A stretch of DNA of 64,000 nt, from NCBI GenBank assembly GCA_951406725.2, contig OX597830.1, forward strand, positions 7,812,001-7,876,000. Reading direction: 5' to 3'. Shown piece after piece: positions 55,910-64,000 of the stretch. The stretch is from Octopus vulgaris. Lineage: Eukaryota. The number at the start of each line of letters is the position of its first letter. Position 1 is the first letter of the stretch. The notes beneath the pieces were generated by a model. The model was not told the origin of the DNA, ran no database searches, and worked only from the letters and a program-made list of their open reading frames with translations. A program made the translations under genes and the position numbers.

Positions 55910-56490
55910 TTATGCGTGCATATTTAGACGTGTCCTATATTTTTTTATGAATAAATTTTCTTTATTTAAACATTCTTGTAAAGAAATTGTATCTTTGCAC
56001 TGGTAGAAGGGAGAAGCTGTGAAATTTGGTTTGATGTTACCTGTACATCTCTGTACGTGTTCGCTTAAAGGAATCTGTCTGTATTGCAAGAACAGGATCT
56101 GCTCTCTATGTAGAGTGGTTCTCCATCTCAATGTCGTACTTGTCTGTCCTATATAGTGATGTCCACAACCCGAGCAGGTTATTACATAAATTAGGTTCTC
56201 AGAGGCACAAGTGAAGTTGGTTTTAATTGTGAACCTCTCTCCTTGTTAGGAAAGGAAATCCGAGCCTTGAAGTAGGTGGGGCATGTTCCAGAATTTGGTT
56301 GTCCACATATTTTAACCGTTGGTTTCGTGGTTGTTGTGTAAAACTTTTGTTAGAAGTCTCTTTAGCGATTTGTGTTGCTTTTTGCATTTGATGAATTTAG
56401 GTGCTTTCAGGATGTTCATTTTGGGATCCCTAGTGAGCATTGGTAGATTTTGTATAATGCTGTTGTATGCCTCGTTGTTTCTAGAAACAA
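55910..56490 (-). pseudogene. Penelope-like element C-terminus: Cys linker plus GIY-YIG endonuclease (Neptune-like layout)
   Basis: VKICGQPNSGTCP.., FTIKTNFTCASENLIYVITCSGCGHHYIGQTSTTLRWRTTLHREQI..ENLFIKKYRTRLN. Confidence 0.9.
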
Positions 56491-56494
56491 TGAG

Positions 56495-56597
56495 TCATCA
56501 GTTGTCAAGCGGTGGTGAGGGACGAATACAGACACAAAGAAACACACAACACACACACATACATATATGTGCGTATATGCATATATGCATATTTGTA

Positions 56598-56630
<33 letters not shown>

Positions 56631-56818
56631 ACAAACATATATATATATATCTAAATATATATATATATATGCACGACAGGATTCTTTTAGTTTCCGTCTA
56701 CCAAATCCACTCACAGGGATTTAGTCGGCTCGTGGCCACTTGCTCAAGGTACCACGCACTAGGGCTGAACGCGGGACCATGAGGTTGAGAAGCAAGATTC
56801 TTACCACACAGCCACGCC
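56495..56818 (-). mobile_element. Type A SINE, partial; truncates the PLE
   Basis: Reverse complement of the type A head, core and internal microsatellite. Confidence 0.75.
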
Positions 56819-57502
56819 GGTAGAAAATGTGTAGACACTCCCCTCTCATGCTTATGTGCGTATTTTGTATTTTTGATTACACTTTTTGTCACTCATTTTC
56901 TGTACGTAATGGAGTGCAAAATGTTTTTTAATTATTATTGAACCCCACATGGCATTTACATATTCTCAAACTATATAAATATGATTATCTGTTTTCATAA
57001 TATCCAACATATATTTAGTGCCGTCTCCATATCTGCTTAATGCGGTCAGTTTGTATATTTTTGTTTCTATTGGGCAACATGAGTAAGAAAAGGTTTACAA
57101 AGAAGGCGTCTTGCAGCAGCACATGTCTTGTGGCAAATTAATGAAATAAAGCACAGTTGGTCGCAACTCTTTAACTACTTCACTCATTTGAAAAATCAGA
57201 AAATCATAGGACGCGACGGTTTCGGGGGTTTGTCAGTTTCTGTGACAACGTGCCAATATAGAGACTTTACAAATCGCCTTCAAAAAAATCCAAGACTTGC
57301 GCAGTAAAGCTACTGTTCCAGATAATGGTCTGTTTAGCATATGACTGGGACATTATGACAGAGATTGAGTCTGTGTGTGAGGGAGAAACAGACAAACAGA
57401 GTGAAATAAAAAGAATAACGAGTGTATACGGAAGTGCATATGTATATACAATACATACACACACACTTATATATATATATATATATAAATATATATATAA
57501 TA

Positions 57503-57747
57503 TTCTTATATTCTTTTATTTGTTTCAGTCATTTTGACTGCAGCCATGCTGGAGCACCGCCTTTAATCGAACAAATCGACCCTAGGACTTGTTTTTTTTT
57601 TTTTTTTTTTTTGTTTTTTTTTGTAAGCCTAGTATTTATACTATCGGTCTCTTTTACCGTTCCACTAGGTTACGAATGCGTAAATACATCAACATAGGTT
57701 GACAAACACAGACACACACACACAAACACACACACACACACACAACA

Positions 57748-57817
<70 letters not shown>

Positions 57818-57972
57818 CGACAGGCTTATTTCAGTTTCTGTCTTCCAAATCCACTCACAAGAGATTGAGCGTCCCAAGGCTATAGCCGAAGACACTTGCC
57901 CAAGGTGGCATGCACAGAACCTGGAACCATGTGGTTAGTTAGCAAGCTACTTATCACACAGCTACTCCAACG

Positions 57973-57974
<2 letters not shown>
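57503..57974 (-). mobile_element. Type A SINE, full length
   Basis: Reverse complement of 6768-7190 with an expanded internal (CA)n(TA)n. Confidence 0.88.
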
Positions 57975-58020
<46 letters not shown>

Positions 58021-58283
58021 CTATACACATATAAATATATAATATCTATACACAAAAATTGTGTTTTGTGCAAACATGTAAACTTCCCTTTGCAAGTGAA
58101 TATATATAACTACACCACGACGTATAGACAGTATAAACACGTAAATAGGTGTATATCATATATACATACAGACGCATAAACATATAAATATATAAATAAA
58201 AATAAACATATAAATATATGTGTACATCCTGTATATGACTTCCTCTTTTTAGCTACATATGTGTGTATATATATACGTATGTG

Positions 58284-58337
<54 letters not shown>

Positions 58338-58357
58338 GTAGATATATGAATGTATGA

Positions 58358-58388
<31 letters not shown>

Positions 58389-59200
58389 TACATATATGTA
58401 TGTATATGTATATATATATATATATATATGCATATATATATATATATATATGTATATATATGCATATATATATATGTATGTATATGTACGAATGTATGTA
58501 TGTATGTATATATATATGTATTTATGTATACATTTATAACGAATATATAACTTTAAGTATGGGGGTATGCATATGCGTGTGCGTGTGTATGCATGCATGT
58601 GTGAGTGTGTGTGTGTGCTCACGCGCGTGTTTTGGCTGTTATCTCAAGGTAGGAACAAAACTAAACAGAATTTAATTCGACGAAGAATATATACCTTTTT
58701 CTTAGTACATTAACATGCATACATATGTGCGTGGAGGATGGGGGGGTTGTGTGTTACGGGTGAATGTGTTTGTAGACATACATAAGCGTATGTATATGTA
58801 TACTTGTAAATAATTATACGTAAATGCATGCACACACACACACATACATATGTATACATATCTATCTGCATGTGGATATATGTTCATTCATATATATACA
58901 ATATATATGTGCATGCTTGCAAACATATACATATATGCGAGCGTATATATATATATATATGTATGTACGTATGTATGTATGTATGTATGTATGTATGTAT
59001 GATGTATGTATGTATGTATGTATGTATGTATGTATGTATGTATGTATGTATGTATGTGTTTATATACATACATATGTGGGTGTGTGTGTGTGTGTGTATA
59101 CATATATGTGTGTATATTCAACGTCATGTATCTTGCTAGTGTATGATTTTTTTGTATCGCTGTTTTCCTCTTTATAGTCGCTTATTCTACGCACGGTATG

Positions 59201-59237
<37 letters not shown>

Positions 59238-59662
59238 CCTCGTTCCTGCACACAAATGTATACATACGTCTGAGTTTGACTATCAATAATATATAATTAA
59301 CATAATCGCTAGTTTTCCCATAATCACTGTGTTTAAATCACTATAAGATGGTCGTTTAATAAACAGCTAAAAACAAAAGTATGGAACAACACAACACAAA
59401 TATATTTAGTCTCTCTCTGTTTTATCTTTTCTTTAACTTCTTCATCTTCGATCTTCGATTCTGTCTTCTGTTCGCTAATTCCATAAAGAATGTTGCTTCT
59501 TTGCCAGTCACAAAAATGTCGGTGTAGTTGAAGTGAGGTGTGTGTTAGTGTTTTGAAGTGAACAGCTGTATTATAGGTCGGAACCTGGTTTTTGCGATGG
59601 GGTTTCAACGACACCTGTTTTTAGAAGTTAATTTATTTAGACTCGTTTTCTATGTTTTTGTA

Positions 59663-59711
<49 letters not shown>

Positions 59712-59790
59712 GTTTAGTGTTCAGTTAAGGTTAGATCAAGAAAAAATAGTACTTATTCCAGTGAACGTTAAGTATACTGTGTACATTAAA

Positions 59791-59834
<44 letters not shown>

Positions 59835-60016
59835 ATATACATATGTATTTATGTATCTGTGTGTGTGTACGGATGTATGTTTGTATATGTATGTATGTGT
59901 GTGTGCGTATGTGCATGTGAGTGAATGTGTTTATTGGTTGCTTGATAGAAAATAAATAGATAGATCAGCAGACAGATAGACAGACAGGTATAAAGACATA
60001 GTACGCACAAATATAT

Positions 60017-60069
<53 letters not shown>

Positions 60070-60903
60070 TATATAGATATGGACATATATATATGGTGGT
60101 CCAATAAACACCCTCCTCACCAAGCAAACTTGGTGGGGTTGCCGGTTTAGTCGCCGACGACCCGACCATGGAACAGGTTGTACTGGGTTACATCTTACCA
60201 GTAGCACTCGCAAGTGACCTGACATAAACATATATGTATACAGTCATACATACGTACATAGATATTTTCCTATTGGTGGTAGAATGAGTCACCCCAGCAT
60301 CTCTAAACAGATTTTTCCTTTCTTGCTATCACGGGGTAGGCTTGAACTTGAATCTTCAAATAACTCGCAGTCTTGCTCCAAAGGTGAACAGAGTCCAAAA
60401 GTACCCATTTTCTCTGAGCTAACTGTATATCAAGCGCTGAAATGCGTCGAGGGCTTTCATTACAATATGGCGTCAATGTTTTGCCGCTCAGGTAACTTAT
60501 CACGTAACCGTATCATAATCCCTACGTTTGTTGGGGTCTAGATACACTATAAAAAACAACAGTGAAGTATTTTTTTCAAATCTTTTGACAGATGTGAGAC
60601 AAACTTTCACGGGATAGCTCATAAATTAATCTCTACTACATATGACATTGCCATAAAAGTATTTTATTTCTGTTGGAAACGCCAGCATTAGTCCAAGGAG
60701 ATATAACAATATAGATTTATAGTGGATAATGGTGGATTCGATCTCAGCACCTATTCTATCGCATTTATCATACCGAAATATTTTCAACGTTGAAGTGAGG
60801 TACGGGACTGACGTTGAGATGAAATTAACCAAATTAGAGCGTCTGCTCTGTCGCTCCTCGTCAAACAAACGGAGCCCACCAAATAGAATATATTGGGTAG
60901 AAC

Positions 60904-61150
60904 CATAGTTTTCAACCATTTTTTGCCCATGGAGCCCTTTGATTCCTTTATTACTCGGGTGGGGTTCCATATCTATTCGATATATTAAAAAAGCCTCTTA
61001 TATCTTTATAATGAAATATTACGAATTGTATTAAAAAATATACAAATATTTTGTGTATTGTTGAAGTAAAAGCAATTTATTGCACACAAATTTTAACAAC
61101 AATTTTTTATGTGGACCACCCCAAGTGCCATATGGACACCATTGGGTTAC
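60904..61150. mobile_element. hAT-like MITE, degraded
   Basis: catagttttcaacc left end; ggacc..atatggacacc..gggtt right end. Confidence 0.4.
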
Positions 61151-61965
61151 AAGGTTCACTTTCTGTTAAACCCCCTCTAAACTGCTGGTTCCATTTGTCA
61201 TGGCTGATTACATCTTGATTTTACCGTAGCTGGATGATTATCGAGTTTGGTTAGGGTAAGGGTTAGGGTTAGATGTCTCCTCACATCTCATCACGTTCTC
61301 ATACTTCAAGTCCTTGCTCAAACGAAAACCCAAACTGAGCTTCTAATATATGAAATACTCTAGATTCTAGCAGTCTTCTTGTCTTGAAAGTGCAGTCGTT
61401 GATATATAATCATTTGTATTTTATCTTCTTCAAACGGCGGCAACCGAAATGTTCTTTACAATTTTGTGTTAGGATTCTGTCCCCCATTACCTGTGTTAGA
61501 TTCACAATTTCCTGTTGCGTATTTTCTCAGCCATCAGTATCAATGTAGGTGAGAAGTCTCCAAAATCTGATATGGTGTCTGCTTTTCTGATATTGTCTAA
61601 TGTTCAGCACCATAGCAATAGCCAACAAAACCTACTCTGCGTTGCGTAGTTGTTACGTATTGTTGTGTGTAGGGCAAACTTTGAGACGAGTTCACCTTGA
61701 GGCTTATCTCTCTGCCGTTATTTAAGAGGGAAGAATTGAAAGTGTTCGTTTGATAGATGGATAGATAGATAGAGAGAGAGAGAGACAGACAGACAGAGAG
61801 ACAGATACATACATACATATATGTGTATATGCAAAACATTTCAACTTAACCCGGTGTTTCCACCTTTAGAAATAGGTTGTTACATCCTTGCTACTTGTGT
61901 GAATTTTTGCTACCCTGTTATCTGTATATTTTTTCCCTGTTATTTATAAACACTGAAAAACACGC

Positions 61966-62031
<66 letters not shown>

Positions 62032-62239
62032 GTATGTATATATAAATATACAATTGTCACTAATTGACTAATCGTGACTGACGGTACAGGGTAGCACCTA
62101 CATTGCTAGAAGTAAGAGCTAAACGCCATTAGGTCCGCAAAGAAGCACATGCTTCCCACGGTGTGCAAGATCATTATACTAGTCTAATTTCATTTTCAAT
62201 TAAAAGCTCCTCAGTGATGACTACGCCATCGATGGATGG

Positions 62240-62521
62240 TTTGTCCCGTCTGATTATCACTTATTCCCCAGTTTTTAAAATCATTTGGACAGGAAAAATA
62301 TGAATTCTGTAGACGATGTCAGAAGAGTACTGGAGGAGTATTTTTTCATCACGGTCAAGTGAATTTTGGAAGAGGAGCCTTGAAAGTCTACCAGATAGAT
62401 GGAAGAGTATTGTAGAAAATGAAGGAGAGTATATTTAAAATCAAAAAAGAACTTTGTTTATCTTAATTTTGAAAAATAAAAGGAGTATAAAAACCTGCAT
62501 TATTCATGGGATGATCCAATA
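62240..62521 (+). mobile_element. mariner (DD34D-type) transposase C-terminus and right TIR
   Basis: PSDYHLF..NHLD..SVDDVRRVLEEYF..SEFWKRSLESLPDRWKSIVENEGEYI. TIR-like aaacctgcattattcatgggatgatccaa followed by TA. Confidence 0.85.
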
Positions 62522-63687
62522 CACGCCCACACACACACACAATACATACACAAACGCGCGAGCGCATATACACGCAATTTTGTAAAATGAGCAAGTGATC
62601 ATCTTTTGGTCATCTTTTTTTTACTTCTTCAAATACCAATTAAAGAGGGAGGCGAGGTAGAGAGATAGAAGTGTTTTGAATTTCCCCCTAAAATTTGCTG
62701 CAAAATGCGTTTACTTTAAGCTTGCACCTATAGCCCAGCGTAGGCAGTTGGTACAGAGGACTTTCCATCGGCATTATGGTTAATCCGGGACCTGTGAAGT
62801 TCCTTGCTTTCCTCCCGCCCTCCCTCCCACTCAGTAGTTATCCTCTTGTTGGGATGTTACCACTACTTTCTCACTGCTGCTTTACGTTAATTTTTCTTTG
62901 TAACTAAATCTGTCTAGAACCGTTTTTTTAAAGACTTTCTGTAGAGCTTCTGAATCTGCTACTCGTGATGCAAATATCAAACTTTATTATTATTATTATT
63001 ACAAGTTCATAATTGGTACAACCGACGTAAGTAACTTAAAACTGCTTTTCTTCTTCAGCTTTTTGTTTATTGAAAAGACATCCAACAAATACGAAAGGAT
63101 ACTGGAATCAATATTATCTGGCTGACACTGGATTAAACTTATAATTTACAGAAATATTTTCACTGATTTGAATATGTTTTCTGTAGTTAAAATCTTTAAC
63201 AAAAAAAGAAACTTGAGAACCACAATTTGATAAAAATATATATCAAAATTAGAATTTTTAAGAATTTTCTAGACAGTATAGTCTTTAATAATCGCTTTAT
63301 TTTAATAAAAGTTATATATTCCCAACTAATAAGCAACTTCTTTCATTAGTATCGATAAAGCTGTTACATGCTACTTATGTTAGCAGTGAGGTTGTCTTCA
63401 GGTATGGTGACAACAAGTCTTCTCATTTCTCTCAAGAATTTTTCTTGGGATTCTTCCCGAATACACGATCGCACTTTTCTGAAGATCAACAGTGGGAATC
63501 GCAATTCCAATATTTTTCATTTTCTTTAGCAGCAGTTTGGATTTTGTGCCAAGCGCACAGGAATAGGTGTCACCTTAGTCTGACACAATCTCTTCATCTC
63601 TCTGGTTTGGTTCTGATATTTCTCAATGCTCATCAGTTTATTTGGAATCAACTTTATCATATCGTATTGCAAAGTCCATGACCTTAC

Positions 63688-64000
63688 TGTTGTTGTTGTT
63701 GTTGTTCAGAAGTCTTATTTTTATCACGTGCCTTGGGTGTGTAGTGTGGTTTGCTGTGATGCGCTTATTTTCATTGTATTGAAAGTGTTTTACGTAGGAT
63801 GTGTGCAGTGCCCAGTAGTGCTATTTTCTGTATGCTATATATATTTGTTAGTCCTGGTGTTTTTATGTATTTGTTTGAATACTTTTTTATCACACCTAAT
63901 GTGCCAACTATGATAGGAATTGTTTCTGTTTTTAGGCTCCACATTCGAGTTACCACTATTTCCAGGTCTTTGTATTTTGAAAGTTTCTCCATGACTTTTA
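63688..64000 (-). mobile_element. 3' end of an RLE-type non-LTR retrotransposon (R4/Dong-like)
   Basis: EKLSKYKDLEIVVTRMWSLKTETIPIIVGTLG..IQKIALLGTAHILRK*, short 3' UTR and (AAC)n tail; runs off the window end. Confidence 0.8.

Noticed and set aside
61251-61272. TTAGGG-like repeats
   Set aside because: Only about 3 imperfect units; insufficient for an interstitial telomere call.
62730-63000. Possible CRE-like retroelement 3' end with (TTA)n tail
   Set aside because: Only a short frameshifted QR-LSI echo; too weak to list.

Overview
Eukaryotic, AT-rich (animal) genomic DNA, most likely intergenic or intronic sequence from an octopod cephalopod. This is inferred from the extreme microsatellite density and the SINE families. 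I found no supportable host protein-coding exon. Nearly all listed ORFs (YI/VC/HT/poly-I/poly-K etc.) are translations of simple repeats. The real content is mobile DNA: a young 5'-truncated CR1-type LINE (RT nearly intact, 11951-13495), an R4/Dong-like RLE 3' end, several Penelope-like (PLE) remnants (GIY-YIG, Naiad-like RT), maT/mariner remnants, and about 30 tRNA-derived SINE copies or fragments from four head/body types. Two signals stand out. (1) About 12 minimal type-I hammerhead-ribozyme motifs, most with palindromic stem III. Several sit in inverted pairs, including a ~426-bp spacerless palindrome, and some carry non-canonical cores (recurrent U4C; one compensatory A3-U8). (2) A circularly permuted, apparently ORF1-only (HAL1-like) retroelement enclosed by ~200-bp inverted repeats, whose 3' end matches the tail of the local Nin/Deu-domain SINE. 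All calls were made by eye; coordinates of degraded elements are approximate and novelty cannot be verified without database searches.
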